Shown: positions 40,630-51,547, counted from the stretch's first letter. The stretch: 64,000 nt of DNA from an uncultured Verrucomicrobiota bacterium (GCA_964589735.1 CAZPUL010000009.1:22254-86253), one strand, 5' to 3'. The notes: generated by a model not told the origin, from the letters alone. A program made the numbers and translations.

Positions 40630-42090
40630 TTACAACAGCTTGGGTTGTTTCTCATCCTTGAACAAGGAGTCACCCACGCTCTCGGCACGCTGACGGCGCG
40701 TCTCGATGATGTGCTTGTCCACATTCGGATCATACGGCACGGGATAATCACCATCGTAGCAAGCCATGCAGAAGCTGTTCTTCGGCAATCCCGTTGCCGC
40801 CACCATGCCGTCTTGAGAAAGGTAACCCAGCGAATCCGCATTCAGATAATCACGGATCTGGGAAATGGTATAATTCGCCGCCATCAGCTTCTTGCGATCC
40901 GGGAAATCGATGCCATACACGCAAGGATTCATGTGCGGTGGGCAGGAGACAAGCACATGCACTTCCGTGGCACCCGCTTCCTTCAGGCTGTTCACACGGG
41001 TGCGACAAGTGGTGCCACGCACGATGGAATCATCCACGATGATGACCCGCTTGCCCTTCACGAGTTCGCAAACCAGATTCAGTTTCACGCGAACGTTGAA
41101 GTCGCGGATCAACTGGGTCGGCTGCAGGAAGCTGCGGCCGACATAGTGATTGCGCACAAAGGCCATCTCGTAAGGGATGCCTGACTCGAGTGAATACCCC
41201 AGCGCAGCGCAATTGCCGCTATCCGGCACCGGCACGACCAAGTCCGCCTGGATCGGATACTCGCGCGCGAGCTGACGGCCCATCTCCACACGGGTGCGAT
41301 AGACATTGCGCCCGCTGATATTGCTGTCCGGACGCGCAAAATAGACGTACTCGAACACACAGAAGGCACGGCGTTTGTGATCGGGAAACGCCTGGATGCT
41401 CTTTAGCCCGTCCTTGTTGATGATCACGATCTCGCCCGGCTCCACATCGCGGACAAACTTCGCCTGGATGAGATCGAACGCACAGGTCTCGCTGGCCAGC
41501 ACATACGCATCCCCTACCCGGCCGATGGACAGCGGGCGGAAGCCATGCGGATCACGCACACCGATGATCTCCTGCTCGGTCATGATGACGAGCGAGTAGG
41601 AACCCTCGATACGGCGCAAGGTCTGCACCAGATTGTTTTCCACACCGCCCAGTGTCGGCTGGGCCATCAGGTGCAGGATGATTTCGCTGTCCACCGTCGT
41701 CTGGAAGACCTGCCCCTTGGCTTCGAGCTCATCACGCAAAACAGCCGCGTTCGTGAGATTGCCGTTATGCGCGATGGCGATCTGGCCGCGCCAGCAATCG
41801 ATCGTCAACGGCTGAGCGTTGCGCAAATGGGAAGAGCCCGTGGTGGAATAACGCGTGTGCCCGACGGCCATGGAACCGGAGAGCGTCTTGAGGACGTCAT
41901 TCTGGAAGATCTGCGGCACTAGGCCCATGCCTTTGTGCTCACGGAATTCCTCCCCATCACAGGTCACAATGCCCGCGCTCTCCTGCCCCCGGTGCTGGAG
42001 GGCATAGAGGCCGTAGTACGTCAGTTCGGCTGCATTTGGGTGCCCGTAAATGCCGAAAACGCCGCAATAATGTTTCGGATAGTCCTGCAT
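40630..42090 (-). CDS. purF: Amidophosphoribosyltransferase
   Basis: Propeptide then CGVFGIYGH, Ntn-glutaminase domain, and a PRTase motif VIIVDDSIVRGTT. Confidence 0.95.
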   Translation of the reverse strand: MQDYPKHYCGVFGIYGHPNAAELTYYGLYALQHRGQESAGIVTCDGEEFREHKGMGLVPQIFQNDVLKTLSGSMAVGHTRYSTTGSSHLRNAQPLTIDCWRGQIAIAHNGNLTNAAVLRDELEAKGQVFQTTVDSEIILHLMAQPTLGGVENNLVQTLRRIEGSYSLVIMTEQEIIGVRDPHGFRPLSIGRVGDAYVLASETCAFDLIQAKFVRDVEPGEIVIINKDGLKSIQAFPDHKRRAFCVFEYVYFARPDSNISGRNVYRTRVEMGRQLAREYPIQADLVVPVPDSGNCAALGYSLESGIPYEMAFVRNHYVGRSFLQPTQLIRDFNVRVKLNLVCELVKGKRVIIVDDSIVRGTTCRTRVNSLKEAGATEVHVLVSCPPHMNPCVYGIDFPDRKKLMAANYTISQIRDYLNADSLGYLSQDGMVAATGLPKNSFCMACYDGDYPVPYDPNVDKHIIETRRQRAESVGDSLFKDEKQPKLL

Positions 42091-42191
42091 CAGTTGCTAC
42101 GCCTTGAATCCCAGGCCAACGTGACCGAGTCAAGGCGGAGAAAATATTTCGGTGGAAACACTTAGGTGCCTCCGCCGGTTTCGCCAATCCG

Positions 42192-44507
42192 CTATTTCAT
42201 CGCCCGCGCGATGCTGTTCCACCAGCCATCGTGCAATTCGCTCAATGCCCACTTCAAATCCTGGCCGCCCGCCTTGATCGCCAGTTCCGAACCACCCACC
42301 GTACCGATGACCATCGCCGGAACACCCAACAGCTTGGCGCGTTCCACCACTTTCACCGCGTTCAGCTTCGCAACTGACAGGACGATACGCCCCTGCGCTT
42401 CACCAAAGAGAATCGCATCCAATCGTGCTTTGTCAAAGGCGCTCAAATCCACAGTTGCCCCCATGAAACGCGGCGTATTACGTGCTTCATAGCCCGAGAT
42501 GCACGATTCCGCGATCGCCACGGCCAAGCCGCCCTCGCTGCAATCATGCGCGCTCTTCACATCGCCCGTGTAAATCAGCGCCCGGATGGTATCATGCACC
42601 AGCTTTTCCTTCGGCAGATCGCACTTCGGCGGCGTGCCGGTCTTCTGACCATGCACCACCTTCAGATAAGCCGAGCCCCCCAAACCTTGCAACGGGTCCG
42701 TGCCATCCACGAGGTCACCCAGGAGGATGATCGCATCGCCCTCGTCCTTGAACCACTGCGTGGTGATGTGCTCTGCCTTCTCGATGATGCCCACCATCGC
42801 CACCGTCGGCGTCGGATCGATCGCACCTTGCGGATTCTGGTTGTAGAGACTGACGTTGCCGCCCGTCACCGGCGCATTGAATACCGTGCAACCTTCCGCG
42901 ATACCGCGCACCGATTCCTTCAATTGATAGAACAATTCCGGATTGTGAGGATTGCCGAAATTCAGGTTATCCGTGGAACCCAGAGGGATAGCACCCGAGC
43001 AAGCGAGATTGCGCGCGGCTTCCGCCGTCGCGATCTTGCCGCCTTCATACGGATCGAGATAAACGTAAGTGGCGTTGCAATCCACCGTCATCGCGATGAA
43101 TTTTTCCGGCACGTTCTCGTTATTTTTCGTGGAGCTCGCCGGCAAGACTGGCAGCGAATCACCCTTGATACGGATCACCGCCGCATCCGAGCCCGGGCAA
43201 ACCACGGAACCATCGCGCACCATGTGATCGTACTGACGATACACCCAGTTCTTCGACGCGATCGAAGGCCAGGAGAGCAGCGACTTTAGATTCTCTTGCG
43301 GATTGGAAATCGTCGGCACTTGATCCAGCGTGAATGCCCGCACCGCTTGCAGATAAGCCGGCTCCTTCGATTCGCGCTGATATACCGGCGCGTCATCCGC
43401 CAATTTCTTGGCCGGTATATCCGCCACGATCTTGCCCGCATGACGCACCACCATTCGGCCGGTATCCGTCACCACGCCCACCTCAGCCCACGGCAGATCC
43501 CACTTGTCGAAAATGCGTTGCACTTCAGCCTCGCGACCTTTTTGCACGATGACCAGCATGCGCTCCTGCGATTCCGAGAGCATGATCTCGTAGGAGCTCA
43601 TGTTCGGTCCGCGTTGCGGCACCTTGTTGAGTTCGATCTCGATACCCGTGCCCGCACGAGCGGCCGTCTCACAGGTCGAGCAGGTCAAGCCCGCCGCGCC
43701 CATGTCTTGGATACCCGTCACCGCATCCGTCGCGAGCAATTCCAGCACGGCTTCCAGCACAAGCTTCTCCATGAATGGATCGCCCACCTGCACCGCACCG
43801 CGTTGTTGCTCGGCGGATTCATCCGTCAAATCTTGCGAGGCAAACGCCGCACCCGCCAGACCATCACGCCCCGTTGCCGGCCCGACATAAAACACCGGGT
43901 TACCGATGCCCTTCGCCGCCCCACGTGCGATCTGCTCGTGACGCAACACGCCCAAGCAGAATGCGTTCACCAACGGATTGCCCGCGTAACAATCATCGAA
44001 ATAAACCTCACCGCCGATGGTCGGGATGCCGAAGCAATTGCCGTAATGCGCGATGCCTTCCACCACGCCGCTGAACAGATGCCGCACTTCCGGTGAATCC
44101 AGATTGCCAAAGCGCAACGAGTTCAGTCCGCACACCGGACGCGCACCCATCGTGAAAATATCGCGGATGATACCACCCACACCCGTCGCCGCCCCTTGGA
44201 AAGGCTCAACGGCACTCGGATGGTTGTGCGATTCGATCTTGAACGCGATCGCCAAACCATCACCGATGTCGATAATACCCGCATTCTCCTCACCGGCGCC
44301 CACGAGGATCTTCGGCGACTTCGTCGGGAAACCTTTCAGCACCGGCCGCGTGTTCTTGTAGGAGCAATGCTCGCTCCACATCACCGAGAAGATGCCCAGC
44401 TCGGTATAGCTCGGCTCGCGCCCGAGGATTTCGACGGCGCGGGCGTATTCGTCCGGCGTCAGGTTGTGCTTCTTGACCAACTCTGGAGTGATGGCGGGCT
44501 CGCTCAT
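42192..44507 (-). CDS. purL: Phosphoribosylformylglycinamidine synthase subunit PurL
   Basis: [21 protein letters not shown]...SEHCSYK...ESHNHPS, duplicated AIRS domains. ATG at 44507 verified; the ORF track uses a TTG at 44519. Confidence 0.95.
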   Translation of the reverse strand: MSEPAITPELVKKHNLTPDEYARAVEILGREPSYTELGIFSVMWSEHCSYKNTRPVLKGFPTKSPKILVGAGEENAGIIDIGDGLAIAFKIESHNHPSAVEPFQGAATGVGGIIRDIFTMGARPVCGLNSLRFGNLDSPEVRHLFSGVVEGIAHYGNCFGIPTIGGEVYFDDCYAGNPLVNAFCLGVLRHEQIARGAAKGIGNPVFYVGPATGRDGLAGAAFASQDLTDESAEQQRGAVQVGDPFMEKLVLEAVLELLATDAVTGIQDMGAAGLTCSTCETAARAGTGIEIELNKVPQRGPNMSSYEIMLSESQERMLVIVQKGREAEVQRIFDKWDLPWAEVGVVTDTGRMVVRHAGKIVADIPAKKLADDAPVYQRESKEPAYLQAVRAFTLDQVPTISNPQENLKSLLSWPSIASKNWVYRQYDHMVRDGSVVCPGSDAAVIRIKGDSLPVLPASSTKNNENVPEKFIAMTVDCNATYVYLDPYEGGKIATAEAARNLACSGAIPLGSTDNLNFGNPHNPELFYQLKESVRGIAEGCTVFNAPVTGGNVSLYNQNPQGAIDPTPTVAMVGIIEKAEHITTQWFKDEGDAIILLGDLVDGTDPLQGLGGSAYLKVVHGQKTGTPPKCDLPKEKLVHDTIRALIYTGDVKSAHDCSEGGLAVAIAESCISGYEARNTPRFMGATVDLSAFDKARLDAILFGEAQGRIVLSVAKLNAVKVVERAKLLGVPAMVIGTVGGSELAIKAGGQDLKWALSELHDGWWNSIARAMK

Positions 44508-44538
44508 TTCAGGAACCAAAATCTATATTTAAAATCTA

Positions 44539-45252
44539 TTACGCTGCCTTCGCAGCACCCTTGTTCTGCAACGCATGGATCAGGCTCTCGAAGATCGCCT
44601 TGCCGTCCTCGCAACCCAAGATCGCCTCGCTCGCGCGTTCCGGATGCGGCATCAACCCGGCCACGTTCCGGGCTTCGTTGCAGACACCCGCGATGTTTTG
44701 CAGCGAGCCGTTCGGATTCGATTCGTCCGTCAGATTCCCGCCCACATCGCAATACTGCCAGAGCACCTGGCCGTTCGCGTTCATCTTCACCAGTGTCTCT
44801 TCGTCGGCGAAGTAGCAACCCTCACCATGTGCGATTGGCACCTTCATGATCTTGCCATCCGCGATCTTGTTCGTGAACGCCGAATTCTTCGTCACCGTCT
44901 TCAGATAGACCGGCTCACAACGGAATTGCAGCGAACGATTTCGCACCAGCGCACCCGGCAACATCCCGGCTTCGCACAGGATCTGGAATCCATTGCAGAT
45001 GCCCAGTACATGACCGCCATTCGCGGCGAATTGCTGCACCGCCTGCATCACCGGGCTGAACCGTGCGATGGCGCCTGTGCGCAAGTAATCGCCGTAGCTG
45101 AACCCGCCCGGCACCAGCACCGCATCCACGTCGCCGAGCGTGGTGTCCTTGTGCCAGACCAGCTTGGCCGAATGGCCCATCACGTTTTTCAGGACGTGCA
45201 CGCAGTCTTGGTCGCAGTTCGAACCCGGAAATTGTAGCACCGCAAAATTCAT
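44539..45252 (-). CDS. purQ: Phosphoribosylformylglycinamidine synthase glutaminase subunit PurQ
   Basis: [32 protein letters not shown] (catalytic Cys), MPHPER. Confidence 0.95.
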   Translation of the reverse strand: MNFAVLQFPGSNCDQDCVHVLKNVMGHSAKLVWHKDTTLGDVDAVLVPGGFSYGDYLRTGAIARFSPVMQAVQQFAANGGHVLGICNGFQILCEAGMLPGALVRNRSLQFRCEPVYLKTVTKNSAFTNKIADGKIMKVPIAHGEGCYFADEETLVKMNANGQVLWQYCDVGGNLTDESNPNGSLQNIAGVCNEARNVAGLMPHPERASEAILGCEDGKAIFESLIHALQNKGAAKAA

Positions 45253-45282
45253 GGTCAGTCTTTCGGGCTGAATGACATTCGG

Positions 45283-45522
45283 TTAATCCACGATCTCCAG
45301 CTTGTAATCCTCGATGACCGGATTGCTCAGGAACTTGTGGCACGCCTCATCAAGCTGGCGACGGATCGTCTCCTTGTCGCCCGTTACCTCGATCTCGAGA
45401 TACTTGCCCACATGAACCCGGCCCACGCCCTCGTAACCCATATGGGCCAGCGCGCGTTCCACTGTCTGCCCTTGCGGGTCGAGAACTGCCTTCTTCGGAG
45501 TGATGATGATCTTAGCTTTCAT
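45283..45522 (-). CDS. purS: Phosphoribosylformylglycinamidine synthase subunit PurS
   Basis: MKAKIIITPKKAVLDPQGQTVERAL..GY..V..VHVGKYLEIEV, about 80 aa. ATG at 45522 verified. Confidence 0.9.
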   Translation of the reverse strand: MKAKIIITPKKAVLDPQGQTVERALAHMGYEGVGRVHVGKYLEIEVTGDKETIRRQLDEACHKFLSNPVIEDYKLEIVD

Positions 45523-45653
45523 TGTCAGCACGGCCGCAACCGCGGAATCGAAGGGCGCATGTTGCGTAAAGCCCCTCTTTCACGCGAGAACTTTTTTTAC
45601 CACTTTTCTCGTGCTCGTGAGCGTCCATCTCCTTGTCCTCGATTTGCCTTCAA

Positions 45654-45694
45654 TCGATGTTTGATGTTGGGCGTTGGATGTTCGATGTTTCCCC
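45654..45694. repeat. GT-rich intergenic element, copy B
   Basis: ATCGATGTTTGATGTTGGGCGTTGGATGTTCGATGTTTCCCC. The core at 45663-45689 matches copy A at 24/27 positions in the same orientation. Confidence 0.7.
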
Positions 45695-46010
45695 ATCTTT
45701 CTTTTCCCATGATTCCTCCTTTTCTTCCTTCGAATTCCCCTCTGCTCATGACTGCACATCATCTGGTTGCGTGCGCCTTTAGCAGGGGCTTTCGAGGTGC
45801 CTTGGTCCTCGTTTGGATCAAACTTTTGACCTGCAAACAGTTTCCTCCAAAAACCACTATTCGTCAAATTACTTTTATCAATTATTTTCCCTGATTTAGA
45901 ACCCCTTGGAAATCAACATCAACCAACGGTAATTTGCATGTCATCCATCATCTTCCGCGTTTTCCGTGGTTTCCCCTCTTTCTGCCTTCTGCTACGATTC
46001 CTCTCAGCCC

Positions 46011-47165
46011 ATGAACACGCCCCTCACCCGTCGTCGTTTTCTCCAGCTTTCCGCTGCCGGCGCCACCAGCCTTTCGCTAGCCTCACCGGCCCGCTCTGCC
46101 GAAACCGCGAAAGGCTTCTCCTTCGTCCTCCTCGGCGACCTCCACTTCGATCGCTTGGAACACCACGACATGGCGTGGCTGGAGAAAAACAAGGGCGGCG
46201 ACCTCAGCCAAATCAAGAACTACTCCCGCATCACGGCCGACCTCATGCCTCGCCTCTTCGCGACGGTGCGGGAAAGCATCAAGGGATTGAATACCACCTC
46301 ATCCCCCGTCCCCTTCGTGCTCCAAGTCGGCGATCTGGTGGAAGGTCTCTGCGGAGCCGAAGAACTCGCCGTCCGCCAGAACCGTGAAGCCCTCGCCTTC
46401 ATCAGGGAATCCCAGCTCGGCGCTCCCTTCCTTTTCACCAAAGGAAATCACGACGTCACCGGCGATGGTGCCTTGCCCGCTTTTCAACAAATCTTCCATC
46501 CCTATCTCGCCGAGCAAACCAAGCCCTTCCAAGGACCGCCCAAACTGGATTCCGGCAATTACTCCTTCAGCCATCAGAACGCGCAATTCTTCTGCTTCGA
46601 CGCCTACGACAAACAAAGCCTTGATTGGCTGGAAGCCGCCCTTGCCAAACGCTCTGCCCAACACTGCTTCATCGCCATCCATCCACCTGTCGTCCCTTAC
46701 GGGGCGCGCTCCACCTGGAATCTCTATTCCAGTGCCAAAGATCAATCGCGCCGGGAAAAACTCCTCGATCTCCTCGGCAAACAGAACGCCTTTGTTCTCG
46801 GCGGTCACATCCATAAATTCAACACCCTCACCCGCACCACACGCGGTGGAGGCAAGTTCGTCCAACTCGCCGTCAGCAGCGTCGTCAGCTCCGCCGATAC
46901 CAAACCAAAAGACATCCTTTCCGGCCTGAAAGAATACACCGGTGACCAAATCCGCGTAGAACCCAAACACGCACCCGAAACCGAGCAAGCCCGTCGCGCT
47001 GTGTATGATGTCGAACGCGAATTCGTGAAATCCTTCGAATACGCCGATCTCCCCGGCCACACCGTCATCACCATCAACGGCCCCCAAGTCACCGCCAAGC
47101 TCCACACCGGTATCACCCGCGAAGTCTGGCGCGCTGTGGATTTGACCGAACTCCAAAAAGCCTGA
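46011..47165 (+). CDS. Tat-exported calcineurin-like metallophosphoesterase
   Basis: ATG at 46011 verified. TRRRFLQLSAAGATSL Tat signal. FVLLGDLHFD, QVGDLVEG, GNHD, GGHIH metal-ligand motifs. Confidence 0.75.
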   Translation: MNTPLTRRRFLQLSAAGATSLSLASPARSAETAKGFSFVLLGDLHFDRLEHHDMAWLEKNKGGDLSQIKNYSRITADLMPRLFATVRESIKGLNTTSSPVPFVLQVGDLVEGLCGAEELAVRQNREALAFIRESQLGAPFLFTKGNHDVTGDGALPAFQQIFHPYLAEQTKPFQGPPKLDSGNYSFSHQNAQFFCFDAYDKQSLDWLEAALAKRSAQHCFIAIHPPVVPYGARSTWNLYSSAKDQSRREKLLDLLGKQNAFVLGGHIHKFNTLTRTTRGGGKFVQLAVSSVVSSADTKPKDILSGLKEYTGDQIRVEPKHAPETEQARRAVYDVEREFVKSFEYADLPGHTVITINGPQVTAKLHTGITREVWRAVDLTELQKA

Positions 47166-47179
47166 CGTCTGGAAACATC

Positions 47180-47836
47180 ATGGCAGACAGATTACAGCCC
47201 GAATCTCAGACAAGTCACCCGCATCGAAAACGGCCGCTCAAGTTCTTCCTGCCGCTTCTCATCATCGCTGTTCTGCTCTTGGGCTTTGGCTACCGCTTCT
47301 TCTATTCCACGCCTGCCCAGCCCACCCTTTGTCAGGCGAATCTGCTTCTGATTGATGACGCCATCTCCCGCTGGGCCACCAACAATGCTCCACCCAACCT
47401 TGGCAATCCTGCCGATCAGATGATCAGTCCATACCTTCCCAATGGGAATATTCCTGTCTGTCCCGAGGGCGCCACCTATCAGCGCGGTTCCCTCGGCATG
47501 GCCACCACCTGCCCAGTGCATGGAGTCGCTCAACGACATCCCTCCGGCAGTAAATTCATCTCCTTTTTACAAGTGTTTCTGTGGAAACAAAAAATCCCCG
47601 GCGCTGCCACCAATGCCACCATGCAATGCCGCGCCAACCTGTTGCAGCTTCATGGCGCGCTGGAGCAATGGGCCTTGGAATACAACAAACCCGGCGGCGA
47701 CCTTGTTCAAATCCCGCCTTTAGTGATGAATCTGAAAGGTGGAATGGCTCCGGCCTGTCCCTCCGGCGGTAAATATTATTTCACCGTCGCCTCCAATTTC
47801 CCCTGCTGCACCGTTACAGGTCACACCATCCGCTGA
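47180..47836 (+). CDS. Membrane-anchored protein with two homologous Cys-containing repeats (unknown function)
   Basis: One TM (FFLPLLIIAVLLLGFGY). Repeat 1 is aa 51-115 and repeat 2 is aa 150-215, both with the pattern C-x-ANLL..(I/L)..A(I/L)..WA...P.CP.G..Y...C.V.GH. Confidence 0.55.
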   Translation: MADRLQPESQTSHPHRKRPLKFFLPLLIIAVLLLGFGYRFFYSTPAQPTLCQANLLLIDDAISRWATNNAPPNLGNPADQMISPYLPNGNIPVCPEGATYQRGSLGMATTCPVHGVAQRHPSGSKFISFLQVFLWKQKIPGAATNATMQCRANLLQLHGALEQWALEYNKPGGDLVQIPPLVMNLKGGMAPACPSGGKYYFTVASNFPCCTVTGHTIR

Positions 47837-47901
47837 TTTTTGTTATCCCTTGAAATTTTGCAGTTTCTCTGGAGCTTTGGATTTTTCGGCTTTTCCCCCG
47901 C

Positions 47902-50900
47902 TCACTCATCCAGCGCCACCCGCACCTTCTCCATCAGCTCTTTCGGCGTGTAAGGCTTGGCCAGAAACCACGTCTTCGGCGGCAGCGCCTCGCCACCAGA
48001 AACCAGATCGCTCGAATACCCGCTGCTGATCAAGACCCGCAGCTCTGGCCTTTCCTGCCGCAGAGTCTCGGCCAGTTCCTTGCCGCTGATCCCACCCGGC
48101 ATCACCATGTCCGTCAGCAGTAGCTTCACTTTCGCGTGATTCGTTTTCCACACTTGCAAGGCTTCCGCTCCCGATGCCGCCGACAGGATTTGATACCCGC
48201 CCATGGCAAGCAGCGTCTCCAGCATCCGCCGCACCATGGAGTCGTCTTCCACCACTAGAATAGTTTCGGATCCCTTCTTCTCCACTGGTTGTGAGACCGG
48301 CTTGCTCGATATCATCACCGGCGTCTCTACCGCCGGCAGATAAAGCCGGAACGTCGTCCCTTTGCCGACCGTCGAATCCACCTCCACCCAGCCTTGATGC
48401 TGCTTGATGATTCCGTACACCGTGGCCAATCCCAACCCGGTTCCCTTGCCGAATTCCTTGGTCGTGAAAAACGGTTCAAAGACCAGCGTCAGATTCTCTG
48501 GCGCGATGCCGCTTCCCGTATCCGTCACACTCAGGCACACATACGCGCCCGGAGCAGCTTGCGGTTTTTGCCGGCAATACGCCGCATCGATCGTCACCGC
48601 ATCCGTGCTGATACGCAGCAGACCGCCCTTGGGCATCGCATCCCGCGCATTCACCGCCAGGTTCAGGATCACCTGCTCAACCATGCTGCTGTCCGCCTTC
48701 ACCGCAGGCAGGTCCGTGTCGTAATGGAACTCCAGCGTGATGTCCTCGCCCAGGATGCGGTCCAGCATCTGGGTCATCTTGCTGGTGACCTCATTGAGAT
48801 TCAGCAACTTCCTTTGGAGCACCTGCTTGCGGCTGAAAGCCAGCAATTGCCTCGTGAGATTCGCCGCCCGCTGGCTCGCGTCCAGCACCTGGTCCAGCAA
48901 ATCCTGCTGTCCCGGTTCCGGGTGATTCGCCAGCAACAACGAGGTATTGCCCTGGATCACCGTCAGGATGTTGTTGAAATCATGTGCCACACCTGCTGCC
49001 AGTTGCCCTACTGATTCCATCTTCTGCAACTGCCGCAGCTCGCCCTCCATCCGTTTGCGGTCCGTGACATCCCGCCCCACGCCGAACAGGCCTACCACCT
49101 TCTCCCCTTCAGTCAGCGGAGTGATGGTCACTTCCATGGTGATCTGGCCGCCATCCTTGGTCTTGAGCGGCAATTCGAACAGCGGCATCCGCTCTCCGGT
49201 CATCGCCAGTTGGAACTGCACCGCTGCTTCTGCTTTCACCTCTTCCGGCAGAGTCTCCGAGTAATGCCTGCCCAGCCAGTCCTCTACCACCCAGCCTGTG
49301 GCTTGCGTCAGGGCATTGTTCAGCGAGAGCACCATGCCTTCGGGCGAAAGGGTGAATATAAGATCCCGTGCCGTCTCCACCAGTTGCCGGTAACGCCGCT
49401 CCGACTCACGCAATGCATCCTCCACCCTCCGCCGGTCGGTCACGTCCGTGGCGATACCGCAAAAGCCCGTGACCTTTCCCCGGGCATCCGTGAGTGGAAA
49501 CTTGGAGACCATGTAGCAATGCGGCCCATCCGGCAGTGAAGCCCACTCTTCGCAGTCCAAAGGTTGGCCGCGCTCTAATATCAACCGGTCATGCGCCCGA
49601 TACTGCTCAAATTGTTCCGGCGTGGAGAAATCCCGGTCCAACCTACCTTGAATATCCTCTCGCTTCACCCCAAATGCGGCGGCAAATTTAGAGTTCACCA
49701 GCAGATACCGCCCCTCCAGGTCCTTGATGAAGATCAGTGCCGGACTGTTATCCACAAAGGCCAACAATCGCCGCTCGCTGGTCCGCATGGCTGCTTCGCT
49801 GAGCTTCTGGTCCGAGATGTCGATGTTGACCCCCAGGTAGCCCTGCTGCTGCCCTTCCACCCATATCGGAGCCAAAATATTGTAGAACCAGTTGGCCTTG
49901 CCTTGGTGCTCATAATGCACTTCCCCCAGCACCACTTCGCCTCGCAAGGCCCGCTCATTATTATCCAGCCACTGCTGCCTGACTTCTTCTGAGACCGGCC
50001 ATTCCTCTGGCGGCCGCTTGGCCAGTTCACCCCAGAATTTCAAGGAGCCTGCATTTTGCAGCACATGCCGCCCCTGCTGGTCCATGATCCAGAAATCAAA
50101 CGGCACATGGTCAAATGCCGCCCGGAGGATGGCCTCACTCTCATTGGCCTTGCGCTCAGCCACCTTCCGTTCAGTGATGTCCTGCATCACCGCCAGTGCC
50201 TTAGCCGGCTCTCCTGGCTGACTGATCATCCGCGTGGTGATCAGCAATTGTCGCTTGCTGCCGTCGCTGCGGACAATCTCCCACTCCTCGCCATTGAGCT
50301 CCTCGCCCGCCTTCATCCGTCGCATCCGCTCCACCGACCGCTGCTGCGTCTCCACATCCGGATGCACGGTCTGATACCAGCCCCGCCGGTTGATCTCCTC
50401 CATCGTATGACCGGTGATCTCCCTCATCCGCTGGTTCCAGACACTGAACCGGACGAACGGATGATCCGGTATCTGCTGGCAGACGCAGATACCCTGTCCC
50501 GCGTGATCGATCACCATCTCGCGGAAGCAGCTCTCCGCATAAAGCTTTTCCTCGCTCTTCTGCCGCTCCAGCTCCAATCCCGCGCGCTGGGCGAAGATCT
50601 CCAAGATGGCCCGCTTGGAGAACTCATCCGGCATGGGCTTGTCATCCATCACCACCAGCAAACCCAAGGGGTATCCGGACCGGTCCAGCAACGGCAACCC
50701 CATATAACTCTCCACGCCCAGCTCCTTGAGGGGTTTGTCCTCGGGAAAACTCTTCTGGACGTCCCGCGGATAGAGGCAGATCTGCCGTCCTGCCACTTTC
50801 GCGCAAGGCGTTCCCGCCAGGGCATACTCGAAACACTCGCCATGCCCCGTGCCCGTCCAGAAGGACAGCATCTTCACCCGGTCGGCCGGTCGGCCCAAGA

Positions 50901-51414
50901 ATTCCCCCACCATCGCCCACTTCACCTGCAGCGACTTGGCCAGATGCTGCACCACTGTCAGGAAAAAATTATCCCCGCGGAACCCGGTCGTCTTGGCCAC
51001 CAGCGCCAGCGCTTCCTGGCTGAACTTCTGCTCCGTGATGTCCCGTGCGATGGAATACAACGTGTCATTCCCAGGTCGGACTCCCGGACACGTCCACGCC
51101 AGCCAGCGATAACTCCCGTTCTTGCAAAGATACCGATTCTCAAACTGGACATTGTCCCTGCCCTCCACCAGTTGCCGGTGTACCGCCAATGTCCTTTCCC
51201 GGTCCTCCGGATGAACAAACTCAAGATACGGCTTCGCCAGCAAATCCTCCCTGCGCCAGCCCAGCACTCGCTCCCAAGCCCGGTTCAATTTGCGGAAGTA
51301 GCCATCCGCTCCGGCTACGCTCAACATGTCCAGCGACAGATCGAACAGGCGTTCAAAAGAATCCTGCTCACCCGGCTGGCCCGCTGTCTGCGCCCTCTGC
51401 TGGTCTGATTCCAT
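47902..51414 (-). CDS. Cytoplasmic multi-PAS/GAF hybrid sensor histidine kinase with receiver
   Basis: Several PAS modules (e.g. FRKLNRAWERVLGW, ITERK/VTDRK junctions), a GAF-like region, H-box AAGVAHDFNNILTVI, HATPase (DTGSGI, GTGLGL), and a REC (ILVVEDD...LLLTDMVMPG). Confidence 0.9.
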   Translation of the reverse strand: MESDQQRAQTAGQPGEQDSFERLFDLSLDMLSVAGADGYFRKLNRAWERVLGWRREDLLAKPYLEFVHPEDRERTLAVHRQLVEGRDNVQFENRYLCKNGSYRWLAWTCPGVRPGNDTLYSIARDITEQKFSQEALALVAKTTGFRGDNFFLTVVQHLAKSLQVKWAMVGEFLGRPADRVKMLSFWTGTGHGECFEYALAGTPCAKVAGRQICLYPRDVQKSFPEDKPLKELGVESYMGLPLLDRSGYPLGLLVVMDDKPMPDEFSKRAILEIFAQRAGLELERQKSEEKLYAESCFREMVIDHAGQGICVCQQIPDHPFVRFSVWNQRMREITGHTMEEINRRGWYQTVHPDVETQQRSVERMRRMKAGEELNGEEWEIVRSDGSKRQLLITTRMISQPGEPAKALAVMQDITERKVAERKANESEAILRAAFDHVPFDFWIMDQQGRHVLQNAGSLKFWGELAKRPPEEWPVSEEVRQQWLDNNERALRGEVVLGEVHYEHQGKANWFYNILAPIWVEGQQQGYLGVNIDISDQKLSEAAMRTSERRLLAFVDNSPALIFIKDLEGRYLLVNSKFAAAFGVKREDIQGRLDRDFSTPEQFEQYRAHDRLILERGQPLDCEEWASLPDGPHCYMVSKFPLTDARGKVTGFCGIATDVTDRRRVEDALRESERRYRQLVETARDLIFTLSPEGMVLSLNNALTQATGWVVEDWLGRHYSETLPEEVKAEAAVQFQLAMTGERMPLFELPLKTKDGGQITMEVTITPLTEGEKVVGLFGVGRDVTDRKRMEGELRQLQKMESVGQLAAGVAHDFNNILTVIQGNTSLLLANHPEPGQQDLLDQVLDASQRAANLTRQLLAFSRKQVLQRKLLNLNEVTSKMTQMLDRILGEDITLEFHYDTDLPAVKADSSMVEQVILNLAVNARDAMPKGGLLRISTDAVTIDAAYCRQKPQAAPGAYVCLSVTDTGSGIAPENLTLVFEPFFTTKEFGKGTGLGLATVYGIIKQHQGWVEVDSTVGKGTTFRLYLPAVETPVMISSKPVSQPVEKKGSETILVVEDDSMVRRMLETLLAMGGYQILSAASGAEALQVWKTNHAKVKLLLTDMVMPGGISGKELAETLRQERPELRVLISSGYSSDLVSGGEALPPKTWFLAKPYTPKELMEKVRVALDE

Positions 51415-51494
51415 GGCTTACATCTTACAGTTGGAATGGCCCCGCTTCCCCGCCATCACCAGCCTATGGCATAACGCCGGAACAGGGTCCGAGG

Positions 51495-51530
51495 CAAAAG
51501 AAAACGCGAAGGCGTTCCCACCTTCGCGTT
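51495..51530 (-). terminator. Rho-independent terminator after the glutaredoxin-like gene
   Basis: Perfect 10-bp stem AACGCGAAGG/CCTTCGCGTT (51503-51512 / 51521-51530) followed on the minus strand by UUCUUUUG. Confidence 0.8.
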
Positions 51531-51547
51531 CGGAAAAAGATTCCTTT

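Noticed and set aside
45217-45226. tRNA T-arm-like GTTCGAACCC
   Set aside because: It lies inside the well-supported purQ coding sequence and no acceptor or anticodon arms can be built around it.
45523-45660. Purine/ZTP riboswitch in the purS leader
   Set aside because: I could not find the conserved ZTP (GGGUCGUGACUGGCG...CCGCCUGGGC-like) or purine-riboswitch cores by eye, only generic short hairpins. It is left as a check in the findings.
50056-51408. 450-aa ORF on the + strand antisense to the multi-PAS histidine kinase
   Set aside because: It is exactly codon-aligned antisense to a well-supported gene. Such frames stay open because the sense strand avoids TTA/CTA/TCA codons. The product is R/H/L/P-rich with no recognisable motifs, so it is a shadow ORF.
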